DNA of 64,000 nt, from contig CAVPOM010000018.1 in assembly GCA_963707025.1 (NCBI GenBank), forward strand, positions 320,001-384,000, written 5' to 3'. Source of the stretch: an uncultured Verrucomicrobiae bacterium (GTDB lineage: Bacteria; Verrucomicrobiota; Verrucomicrobiia; Limisphaerales; Palsa-1400). Positions within the stretch are counted from its first letter, which is position 1; each line of letters starts with the position of its first letter. Positions 1 through 8,037 of the stretch are shown here, one piece after another. Under the pieces are notes generated by a model. That model had not been told where the DNA came from, did no database searches, and saw only the letters and a list, made by a program, of their open reading frames with translations. Position numbers and translations under genes: made by a program.

Positions 1-414
1 AATCCAGAGGCCGCCCTCCGCATCGTCCGCCATGCCGCTGGCCCGGGAATCGGGCAGGTCGTCCTTGAAGACCCGGGCCGCGCCCGCTTCCAGGCACACC
101 ACCGGCCCCCGGTCCATCCCCAGCCACAGTTTCCCCTGGCGATCCAGCCACATCACCCGCACCACCCGGTTGGGGACACCCTCCAGATTGACCAGCGGCG
201 CTTCTTGAAAACGCACCCCGTCAAATCGCATCAACCCGCCCGCCGTCGCCACCCAGAGGTAGCCGTCGGACGTTTGCGCCACCCCGGAGACGGTGTTGTC
301 CGGCAGCCCGTCATCGGACTGCCAGGCGCGCGACAACCAGGCTGCGCTGGCGGCGAAAACCGGGGCCGCCGGAACCGGCGTCAGCCAGCATCCGGCCAGC
401 AGACAGAGCCGCAT
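1..414 (-). CDS. N-terminal part of a two-component regulator beta-propeller sensor (likely histidine kinase), truncated by the window edge
   Basis: Not in the ORF track. Manual translation: MRLCLLAGCWLTPVPAAPVFAASAAWLSRAWQSDDGLPDNTVSGVAQTSDGYLWVATAGGLMRFDGVRF...DRQGKLWLG...DAEGGLWI, i.e. a signal peptide plus Reg_prop-like repeats. Alternative GTG start near 438. Confidence 0.75.
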   Translation of the reverse strand, partial: MRLCLLAGCWLTPVPAAPVFAASAAWLSRAWQSDDGLPDNTVSGVAQTSDGYLWVATAGGLMRFDGVRFQEAPLVNLEGVPNRVVRVMWLDRQGKLWLGMDRGPVVCLEAGAARVFKDDLPDSRASGMADDAEGGLWI

Positions 415-569
415 CAGGCAGGGAAGGGCTTTGGGCACGGCAAAAGCATAATGTTTTCCGCCCCGCGCGCAACCCGCAATCCGCGGGCACCCCACCCCGC
501 CATGTTCCAGCATTTGATTTTTTTGGCGGAGTGGTTATTATTGGAAGGAATGAAGATGGAGAACGAGTT

Positions 570-1493
570 ATGAAATTCTTTCAAATCGCAAAGCGAACGG
601 TTCTTTTTCTGGTCGTGAACATCCTGGTGATGCTCACGCTGGGCATCCTTTTGAGTCTTTTCGGCGTGCAACAGCGTTTGGGCAACGCCAATTTCACCAC
701 CCTCCTCATCGTCTGCTGCGTGGTGGGCATGGGCGGCGCGTTTATTTCCCTCCTCCTCTCCCGGTTCCTGGCCAAAATGATGCAGGGCGTGCGGGTGGTG
801 GATCCCAACACGACCGACCGCAACGAGCAATGGCTGGTGCAGACCGTGTACCATCTGGCCCGGGCCGCCCACCTTTCCGCCATGCCGGAAGTCGGCATTT
901 ACCCGTCGCCCGAAATCAACGCCTTTGCCACCGGCCCGTCGGAGTCGCAGGCGCTGGTGACCGTTTCCTCCGGCCTGCTCCACACCATGCAGCCGGCCGA
1001 AATCGAAGGAGTGCTGGGGCACGAGATGACGCACATCGCCAACGGCGACATGGTGACGATGACGTTGATTCAAGGCGTGGTCAACACCATCGCCATGTTC
1101 ATGGGCTGGGTGCTGGCCATCCTGCTTTCCCAAAATTCCCGCGGCAATGACCGCCGCGGCGGGGGCAGTTGGTTCATGCAATACATGTTGCAGCAGCTTT
1201 TCCAGAGTGTGTTCATGGTGTTGGGGTCTTTGGTGGTGGCGAAGTTCTCGCGCTGGCGTGAATTCCGGGCCGACGCCGGCGGGGCGCGTCTGGCCGGCCG
1301 CGACCACATGCTCTCGGCGCTGCGGCGGCTGAAACTCATCCACGAAGAGGGCGCCGATCACGCCGGCCCGCCCAATCCGGCGCTGCAAGCCCTGCAAATC
1401 TCCGGCAAGAGCGGCGGATTGATGGCCCTGCTGGCCGACCATCCCCCCATTGAAGAACGCATCGCCCGGCTGGAGCGGCCGGTCATCGGATAA
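570..1493 (+). CDS. htpX: Protease HtpX (M48 zinc metalloprotease)
   Basis: INAFATG, GHEMTHIANGDMVTMTL (HExxH), FSRWREFRADAG and HPPIEERI motifs; N-terminal TM helices. Confidence 0.93.
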   Translation: MKFFQIAKRTVLFLVVNILVMLTLGILLSLFGVQQRLGNANFTTLLIVCCVVGMGGAFISLLLSRFLAKMMQGVRVVDPNTTDRNEQWLVQTVYHLARAAHLSAMPEVGIYPSPEINAFATGPSESQALVTVSSGLLHTMQPAEIEGVLGHEMTHIANGDMVTMTLIQGVVNTIAMFMGWVLAILLSQNSRGNDRRGGGSWFMQYMLQQLFQSVFMVLGSLVVAKFSRWREFRADAGGARLAGRDHMLSALRRLKLIHEEGADHAGPPNPALQALQISGKSGGLMALLADHPPIEERIARLERPVIG

Positions 1494-1516
1494 GGGATGC
1501 CCGTTCAAAACCGTCG

Positions 1517-1537
1517 CCAGTCCTGCGCCACGCCTTT
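1517..1537 (-). repeat. Degenerate possible third copy of the ftsZ 3' end
   Basis: Minus strand reads AAA GGC GTG GCG CAG GAC TGG (KGVAQDW) versus AAA GGC GTG GCG CTG AAC TGA in the 2165-2209 copy; 18 of 21 nt match. Confidence 0.4.
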
Positions 1538-1644
1538 TGATGTCACGAATGATTCGGGCAGGTTGATGCCATTTAAGGATTTTTAAACGGGAGAAAATGG
1601 CGTTTGCAACTTGCCCGGCGTGGGTTTTTGTGGATAATTATCCC

Positions 1645-1836
1645 ATGAGCACTCAGGAAATGCTGCTGGCGGAAATCAAGAACCAGCCTGAACCGGTGCT
1701 GCGCGAGCTCTGGCACTACTTGAGATATCTCACCCGGCAGCGGGAGGAGGAGAGGTGGGCCGATATGCTGCCAACGCGTGAAGTGGAACAGGAAGTATTG
1801 GACATCCTCGACGGCCATGAATCCGCGCCACGGTGA
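1645..1836 (+). CDS. Putative antitoxin (DUF2281-like) of a MazF-type TA pair
   Basis: 63-aa ORF MSTQEMLLAEIKNQPEPVLRELWHYLRYL overlapping the toxin start; GATAAT 6 nt before the ATG suggests a leaderless transcript. Confidence 0.7.
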   Translation: MSTQEMLLAEIKNQPEPVLRELWHYLRYLTRQREEERWADMLPTREVEQEVLDILDGHESAPR

Positions 1837-2134
1837 AGTCTGGTTGGTGGACATGGGACTGGCGGGGAAGACCCGCCCTGCGGTAGTGCTGCTAGCTGAC
1901 CACCTGAACACCCCGCGCTCGCTTATTATTCATATTCCAATCACGCGGCAGAATCGTGGCAGCGAACTGGAAGTGCCGCTGGGCCATTTGCCTTTTCTCG
2001 ACCCTGAGTCTGTGGCCAACACCCAGGGCGTTGGGGCTCTTCCTTCGATTCGATTTGAAAAACGCCTCGGCGTCTTGCCGGCGGCGGACTTAAAAGCCAT
2101 AAAAACCGCGCTCATCAAAGCCTGCGCATTATAG
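1817..2134 (+). CDS. PemK/MazF-family endoribonuclease toxin
   Basis: MNPRHGEVWLVDMGLAGKTRPAVVL...IPIT...KRLGVL: RG(E/D)VW, K.RP.VV and P(I/L)T signatures. Confidence 0.88.
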   Translation: MNPRHGEVWLVDMGLAGKTRPAVVLLADHLNTPRSLIIHIPITRQNRGSELEVPLGHLPFLDPESVANTQGVGALPSIRFEKRLGVLPAADLKAIKTALIKACAL

Positions 2135-2164
2135 AATTCCTGGATCGGCCTCCTGGAATCCCGG

Positions 2165-2209
2165 TCAGTTCAGCGCCACGCCTTTGCGGAGGCTGGTCGG
2201 CTGATCAAG
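2165..2209 (-). repeat. Displaced, recoded copy of the last 14 codons plus stop of ftsZ
   Basis: Encodes LDQPTSLRKGVALN* versus the current FtsZ end LDLPTYIRKGVALN*; ungapped, 11 of 14 aa identical, many with different synonymous codons. Confidence 0.82.
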
Positions 2210-2248
2210 TAGCTTGCGTTTGCGGCAGATTCAAGGTAGAGGATAACC

Positions 2249-2470
2249 ATGAGCGTAACCGGAAAAGTCAAGAATGGCGTGGTCGTGCTCCCGGCGGGAA
2301 CCAAGTTGCCGGAAGGCGCGGATGTAAAGATAGAAACGCTTGACCTTGCTCCCAAGGATGATCCATTCCTTGCTGCCGTGCTCAAAACGTCCAAACCGCG
2401 TCCCCACTGGCCCAAGGACTACGTGCTCAACCACGGCCACCACGTCAGCGGAGAACCCAAGAAACCGTGA
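2249..2470 (+). CDS. Antitoxin-like protein (AF2212/DUF104-like, usually partnered with a PIN toxin)
   Basis: MSVTGKVKNGVVVLPAGTKLPEGADVKI...PKDYVLNHGHHVSGEPKK; G.V.NGV.V...LPEG N-terminus and a D...NH.H..G.PK-type C-terminus. Confidence 0.68.
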   Translation: MSVTGKVKNGVVVLPAGTKLPEGADVKIETLDLAPKDDPFLAAVLKTSKPRPHWPKDYVLNHGHHVSGEPKKP

Positions 2471-2514
2471 GTTTCGAGCAGGAGGGCTTCACCGCTTTGC
2501 GAAAATCAGTTTAA
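2467..2514 (+). pseudogene. Internally deleted PIN/VapC toxin remnant
   Basis: GTG overlapping the antitoxin stop (GTGA), followed by FEQEGFTALRK, resembling the HFEQAGF.AL C-terminus of this PIN toxin type. Confidence 0.55.
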
Positions 2515-3846
2515 AGCGACGCCCTTGCGAATGTAGGTGGGCAGATCCAAATCCTCGCCGTGGCGGATGGTCGGCTCGCTTTTGTCGAAACGGCCTTTGA
2601 AAACTATTTCCAACGGCAGTTCCTTCTGCATGCGGGAGTTTTTGCGGCGGGCCTGCCCGGTTTGACGGGTGTAAAGCTGCTCCTTCTTTTCGTTGGACAA
2701 CTCCGGCGGAGGCGCGACGCAACGGGACGCAGGACGCGCCGTGGCCGACGGGTCGAGGAATTGCAGAGCGGCGGCGTCGGCCTTGCCCGGGGCTTCCGCC
2801 GGCGCGCCCGCCGGGGCGGAGGCGCGGGCGGACCAGGGCGCCGGTTCGGCGGGGCGGCGCCTGGAGGCAATGAGCATCACCGAGAGACGCCCGGTGAACG
2901 CCTCGTCAATGGCGGCCCCGAAAATCAGATGGGCGTTTTCACACTGGCGCTGGAGCGGCTCCATAATCTTGTTGACTTCGCTCATGGTCAAATCCGGGCC
3001 GCCCGCCAGGCTGACCAGGACGGCGTCGGATTCATTGAGGACCTGGCCGCCGTCCAGGAGGGGATGGGCCAGGAGCTTTTCCAGGATTTGTTCGCTGCGT
3101 TTCTCGCCGCCGGCCTCGGCCGTGGCAAAGGAACTGGCGACATGACGGCCGCGGGTGACCGAACACAGATCGGCGAAATCCACATTGATCAACCCGGTCT
3201 GGGTGAGCAGACGCCAGATGCCCCGCAGACCCTCGGCCATGAGGGTGTGGCCGATTTTAAAGGTCTCCAGGACGCTGGTTTTTTCATCCAGCAGCTTGAA
3301 TAGTTTCTGGTTGGGCAGGCAGATGACGGCGTCGGCGGCCGCTTTGAGCTGCTCCAACCCGGCCTCCGCCTGGCCCTGGCGGCGGCCGCCTTCGAAGTCG
3401 AAGGGGAGGATGGCCAGGGCCAGAACCAGCGCGCCGCCTTCGCGGGCCACGCGGGCCAGGACCGGAGCGGCGCCCGTGCCGGTGCCGCCCCCCAGGCCGG
3501 CGAGGATGAAAATAATGTCCGCCCCCGCGCAGAAGGAAGCCAGCCGCGCCGCATCGTCCTCGGCGGCGGCGCGGCCCTGTTCGGGATCCCCGCCGGTGCC
3601 CAGTCCGCGGGTGCGCTGCTGGCCGAGCACCCATTTGTCCGGCAGGGGCGAAGCGGCCAGGGCCTGGGCATCGGTGTTGAAGAGCAGAAAATCAACGCAG
3701 TCCAACTTGCTTTGGGCGATGAAGCCGGCGGCGTTGCAACCCGCGCCGCCGACGCCGCACACTTTGATGCAGATTTTCTTCTTGAGGGCGGCCTGGTCCG
3801 CTTTTTCCACGGACGCGCCGGGGGTGCTGGCAAAGGGGGTGGTCAT
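2506..3846 (-). CDS. ftsZ: Cell division protein FtsZ
   Basis: GVGGAGCNA, NTDAQAL, GLGGGTGTG, INVDFADL; C-terminal LDLPTYIR peptide. Confidence 0.97.
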   Translation of the reverse strand: MTTPFASTPGASVEKADQAALKKKICIKVCGVGGAGCNAAGFIAQSKLDCVDFLLFNTDAQALAASPLPDKWVLGQQRTRGLGTGGDPEQGRAAAEDDAARLASFCAGADIIFILAGLGGGTGTGAAPVLARVAREGGALVLALAILPFDFEGGRRQGQAEAGLEQLKAAADAVICLPNQKLFKLLDEKTSVLETFKIGHTLMAEGLRGIWRLLTQTGLINVDFADLCSVTRGRHVASSFATAEAGGEKRSEQILEKLLAHPLLDGGQVLNESDAVLVSLAGGPDLTMSEVNKIMEPLQRQCENAHLIFGAAIDEAFTGRLSVMLIASRRRPAEPAPWSARASAPAGAPAEAPGKADAAALQFLDPSATARPASRCVAPPPELSNEKKEQLYTRQTGQARRKNSRMQKELPLEIVFKGRFDKSEPTIRHGEDLDLPTYIRKGVALN

Positions 3847-3848
3847 GG

Positions 3849-5066
3849 TTACCTTTTAAACATTTCGGCCAGGGTCCGCTTGAAGCCGCCGGCCAGGCCG
3901 CCGTTGTTTTTGCGTTTTTGCTGGAGCGAGCCAAATCGGACCAGGCCGATGGCGGTGGCAAACTCCGGCTGGTCCAGGGCGGACTTCAACCCGCTGATGG
4001 AATTGGTCTTGCCGGGAAAAGCCGGCAACTGGAAAACACTTTCGGCCAGGGTTTGGATCTGCGGGATGCGCGCGCCGCCGCCGCAGAGAAAGACCCCGGC
4101 GCGCAGGCGCTCCAGCCAGCCCAGATGGGAAATCTCCCGCTCGATCAATTCGAAAATCTCCTCCAGGCGCAAGGAGGTGATGCGGTGGAGGTGCTCCAGA
4201 TTGATGGTTTTGGAGGGCAGCCCCATTTGGCCGGGCAGTTCAATGGTCCGGCCCTTGGCCTCCGCTTGCAGCACGGCGCAGGCGTGGTCCAGTTTCAACT
4301 GTTCCGCCCGGCCCAGCGGCACTTTCAGCCCGTAGGCCAGGTCGTTGGAAACATGGTCGCCCCCCACCGCCAGCACGCCGGTGTGTTTGATGATGCCGTC
4401 GGAATAGACGGCGTAATCGGTCGTGCCGCCGCCCATGTCAATGACCAGGGAGCCCAGTTCCTTCTGTTCGTTGGAGAGCAAGGCCAGGGCGGAAGCCAGC
4501 CCGTTGAACACCACCTCCTCCACGTCCAACTGCAATCCTTTGACCACGGCGATGGAGTTTTTCAAGCGGTTGCCGTGGCCGTGGACGACATGAACATCCA
4601 CCTCGACCTTGGCCCCGAACATGCCGACGGGGTTGAGGATGCCGGTCTGGGCATCCACCTGGAAATGCTGGCGGATGGCGTGGATGATGCTGTTTTCCAC
4701 CGGCAGATTGATCGCCTTGGCGTTTTTGATCGCGTCCTGCACATCCTCTTCCGTGATTTCCCGGTCGGCGGAGACGACGGGATGAACGCCATGATTGCTG
4801 AAGCCGCGGATATGATTGCCGGTGACGCCCAGGTAAACGCTGCGGATTTCGACGTTGGCCATTTGCTCGGCCTCGACGATGGCGTTGCGCACGTCCTCCT
4901 CGGCCAGGGCCGGCTCGGCGATCTCGCCCTTGCGCACGCCGCGGGAGCGGGCCTGGCCCACGCCGATGATGTTCAGGGCGTGGCCGGCGCCGCTTTCCCC
5001 CACCACCGCGCAGATTTTTGAGGTGCCGATTTCCAGGCCGACAATGATGGAGGAGGAATCAAACAT
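3849..5066 (-). CDS. ftsA: Cell division protein FtsA
   Basis: GLEIGTSKI, DMGGGTTD, AEQLK, LCGGGA, FATAIGL. Confidence 0.96.
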   Translation of the reverse strand: MFDSSSIIVGLEIGTSKICAVVGESGAGHALNIIGVGQARSRGVRKGEIAEPALAEEDVRNAIVEAEQMANVEIRSVYLGVTGNHIRGFSNHGVHPVVSADREITEEDVQDAIKNAKAINLPVENSIIHAIRQHFQVDAQTGILNPVGMFGAKVEVDVHVVHGHGNRLKNSIAVVKGLQLDVEEVVFNGLASALALLSNEQKELGSLVIDMGGGTTDYAVYSDGIIKHTGVLAVGGDHVSNDLAYGLKVPLGRAEQLKLDHACAVLQAEAKGRTIELPGQMGLPSKTINLEHLHRITSLRLEEIFELIEREISHLGWLERLRAGVFLCGGGARIPQIQTLAESVFQLPAFPGKTNSISGLKSALDQPEFATAIGLVRFGSLQQKRKNNGGLAGGFKRTLAEMFKR

Positions 5067-6021
5067 TTTTCCTTTTCAGTTTATTAGGTTTGACAAATTG
5101 GTGGAGCAGCGGAGGCAGGCTGTTGCTGGCCACCCAGCGCACCGGCAGGTGGTTGGAGATGGAAATGTCCAGGCTGGCGATGGCTTTGCCCCTGGCCTGG
5201 CCGTAGTTGTAAATTTCCCGCCAGCGCCGCAACTGCACATCGAATTGGTCGAGGGAAAAAGTGATGCGCGCCCCCTGGCTGGTCGTCGCCTCCAGAATTT
5301 CCGGCGAGGCCACATTGATGCTCTGCAACTCCGCCATCCCGGCCATGGGCGAGCGGTCCAGCGCCGTGAGCAGGCGCAGGGCGGCCAGAACCTGGGGTGA
5401 TTCGGCGGCATGGCCGGGGTTCAAATCCTTGGGCGGCACGCCGGTCAGCGTGGGCAGCAGCGTGTTGGTCGGGGCGGGCGTCAGGCGCCAGGCCGCATCC
5501 AGCGGCTGCATCACCACGCCCGTCTCATCAAAATCATTGGTCAGGGCATTGAACCCGCCGCCGCGGCGCGGTTGCAGAGTAATCGCCTGGGCCATCGGCT
5601 GGCGCTCGGCCACCACGATCCGCAGCGTGCCCGGCAGCACACGCTCGACGGAGACGCCGGCGATGGGGGAATACATTTCCAGGTCGCGCTTGACCCGCAT
5701 CAAATCCAGCGACAACAAATTCTGCCCGGGCTGGACGGTGGCCCAGCGCCGGATGACCCCCGGCGCAATCACCCCGTCGGTGCGGACTTCGACCCGCTGG
5801 ATGGCGAAGGCGGGATTGTCGTACACGGCGTCGGCCAGCAACCACTGCCCGCCGCGCCAGAACAGCAGGGCGAACAAGGCCAGGGCGATGACCCCGGCCA
5901 GCCCTGTCCCGGCCGCCCGCCAGCGCGCCACGCGCATCTGCCGCGTGCGCAACTTCACGTCGAGCACGAACTGGCGCTCGCCGGAACGGCGGTTGCGATT
6001 GCGTTGGAGCCAGCGGATCAT
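5059..6021 (-). CDS. ftsQ: Cell division protein FtsQ/DivIB
   Basis: Single TM helix, POTRA-like region, VERVLPGTLRIVVAERQP; lies between ddl and ftsA. Confidence 0.88.
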   Translation of the reverse strand: MIRWLQRNRNRRSGERQFVLDVKLRTRQMRVARWRAAGTGLAGVIALALFALLFWRGGQWLLADAVYDNPAFAIQRVEVRTDGVIAPGVIRRWATVQPGQNLLSLDLMRVKRDLEMYSPIAGVSVERVLPGTLRIVVAERQPMAQAITLQPRRGGGFNALTNDFDETGVVMQPLDAAWRLTPAPTNTLLPTLTGVPPKDLNPGHAAESPQVLAALRLLTALDRSPMAGMAELQSINVASPEILEATTSQGARITFSLDQFDVQLRRWREIYNYGQARGKAIASLDISISNHLPVRWVASNSLPPLLHQFVKPNKLKRKNV

Positions 6022-6022
6022 G

Positions 6023-6994
6023 TTATTTTCGGGCGGATCGTTGCAGCGCCATATCCACCATGCGCTGGCAAAGTTGCGCGTAATTCACCCCGGCGGCGGC
6101 GGCCGCGTCGGGCAGCACGCTTAACTCCGTCAGCCCGGGCAGGGTGTTGACTTCCAGCACCACCGGATTCCCTCCGGCGGCAACCATCACATCCACCCGC
6201 GCGAAATCGCGCCCGCCGATGGCGCGAAAAGCGCCCAGCGCGGCGGCCTGGATTCTGGCAGTGGTGCCCGCGTCAAAATCGGCGGGGCAAATGTGTTCGG
6301 CCGCGCCCGCCGTGTATTTGTTGCGATAATCGAAAACGCCGTTCTTGACGCGAATTTCCACCACCGGCAGGGCGCGGTCACCCAGGATGCCCACCGTGGC
6401 TTCGCGGCCCTGGATTTTTTCCTCCAGCAACACCTCCGTGTCGTAACGCAGCGCCTCCGCCAGCGCCCCGGCCCACTCCCCGGCCCGCTCCACAAACTGC
6501 AGCCCGATGCTGGAGCCTTGCCGCACCGGCTTGAGCACCACCGGCGGAGTCCAGCCGGGCGGCAAATCCGGCTGCGGCCCGTCCAGCACGGCGAAGCGCG
6601 CGGTCGGGATGCCCTCCTGCAGGCAGCGTTTCTTGGTCAACACTTTATCGAAGGCGGTGCGGCTGGCTTCGGGGCCGCAGCCGGTGTAAGGCACGCCCAA
6701 TTCTTCCAGCCGGGTCTGCACCCCGCCGTCTTCCCCATACGTGCCGTGCAAGGCCAGAAAAACCACCTCCGTCTCCGGCGGCAATGTCCACGCGCAATCC
6801 TTCGGATCCAGTTCGGTCACCTTGTGGCCCAGGGCGCGCAAGGCCCTGGCCGCCGCCGCCCCCGAGCGCAGCGACACCTCCCGCTCGGCGGACGGCCCGC
6901 CCAACATCACGCAAATATTCAAAGCTCTGTTTTTGCGCGCTTCCGGCATGGCCAAAAGTTCCGGCTTCCCTGGATTGTCGTTTCGTTTTGCCAC
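6023..6994 (-). CDS. ddl: D-alanine--D-alanine ligase
   Basis: GGPSAEREVSLRSG, LHGTYGEDG, GSSIG, DYRNKY, LEVNTLPG. Confidence 0.96.
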   Translation of the reverse strand: MAKRNDNPGKPELLAMPEARKNRALNICVMLGGPSAEREVSLRSGAAAARALRALGHKVTELDPKDCAWTLPPETEVVFLALHGTYGEDGGVQTRLEELGVPYTGCGPEASRTAFDKVLTKKRCLQEGIPTARFAVLDGPQPDLPPGWTPPVVLKPVRQGSSIGLQFVERAGEWAGALAEALRYDTEVLLEEKIQGREATVGILGDRALPVVEIRVKNGVFDYRNKYTAGAAEHICPADFDAGTTARIQAAALGAFRAIGGRDFARVDVMVAAGGNPVVLEVNTLPGLTELSVLPDAAAAAGVNYAQLCQRMVDMALQRSARK

Positions 6995-7049
6995 AATTCC
7001 GTTTGATTCTTACGATCGAAATCTCATCGCTCTAACTCTTCGTCTTCCA

Positions 7050-7077
7050 ATCCGTGTTCATCCGCGTCCATCTGTGG
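7050..7077. repeat. Short ATCCGTGTTC-type tandem repeat
   Basis: atccgtgttc-atccgcgtcc-atctgtgg between murB and ddl. Confidence 0.55.
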
Positions 7078-7101
7078 TTCAGCCCTTCAAAATATGTTCG
7101 G

Positions 7102-8037
7102 TTAGCAAACATCCTCGCCCACGATTTCCACTTCGGTCTGCAGGTCAATGCCCCGGGCCGCCTTGACCCGCGACCGGATCAGCTCGATCAATTCCAATAC
7201 GTCGCGCGCCGAGGCCGTGCCGTCGTTGATGATAAAATTGGCATGGACGGCGGAAACCGCCGCGCCCCCCACGCGCGCGCCCTTCAGCCCGGCCTGGTCA
7301 ATTAATTGGCCGGCGGAAATCGCCGGGGAAGGATTTTTGAAAATGCAGCCCGCGCTCGGCTCCTTGGGCTGGGAACGCCAGCGCCGTTCGTTGAATTCCC
7401 GGCTCCGGGCGGCAATGATTTCCGGCGCCGCCGCCTCGCCCTGGAAGGCCGCCCCCAGCGCGATGCAGGTCTGGAGCAGCGGGCAGGAGCGATACCCCGG
7501 GCTCATCGCGGCCGCGCTGCGCTCATGGATCTGCCCCTGATCGTCCATGAACCGGACCTGGCTGACCACGTCAAAAATCGCGCCGCCCATCGCGCCGGCG
7601 TTCATGCGCAACGCGCCGCCCACGCTCCCGGGAATGCCCTCCAGAAATTCCAGCCCCGTCAAGCCCGCCCCGCGCGCGCGGGCCGAGACCGCGTTCAATT
7701 TTGCGCCCGCGCCGCAGCGCAATTGCCGTCCCAAAACTTCGATCCCGCAAAAACTCGCATGGGCCAGGCAAACCACCGCGCCGCGAATGCCGCCGTCCCG
7801 AATCAACAAATTGGAGCCGCGCCCCAAAATCAGCACCGGCACGCCCCGCTCCCGGCAAATGCGGACGACGCGCGCCAGGTCACTTTCCGAAGACGGCTCC
7901 ACGTAAAGGTCGGCCCGGCCGCCTACGCGCAAGGTGGTCCGGTCGGCCAAAGGTTTGCCGGCCCGCACGACGGCCCCGGGCAAGGCGGCCCGCAGTTCAT
8001 CGAATATTACTTCTTCCGCAGCCATGATTTCAGACAT
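7102..8037 (-). CDS. murB: UDP-N-acetylmuramate dehydrogenase MurB
   Basis: TTLRVGG, GRGSNLL, GIPGSVGGALRMNAGA, SAGCIFKNP, HANFIIN. Confidence 0.95.
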   Translation of the reverse strand: MSEIMAAEEVIFDELRAALPGAVVRAGKPLADRTTLRVGGRADLYVEPSSESDLARVVRICRERGVPVLILGRGSNLLIRDGGIRGAVVCLAHASFCGIEVLGRQLRCGAGAKLNAVSARARGAGLTGLEFLEGIPGSVGGALRMNAGAMGGAIFDVVSQVRFMDDQGQIHERSAAAMSPGYRSCPLLQTCIALGAAFQGEAAAPEIIAARSREFNERRWRSQPKEPSAGCIFKNPSPAISAGQLIDQAGLKGARVGGAAVSAVHANFIINDGTASARDVLELIELIRSRVKAARGIDLQTEVEIVGEDVC

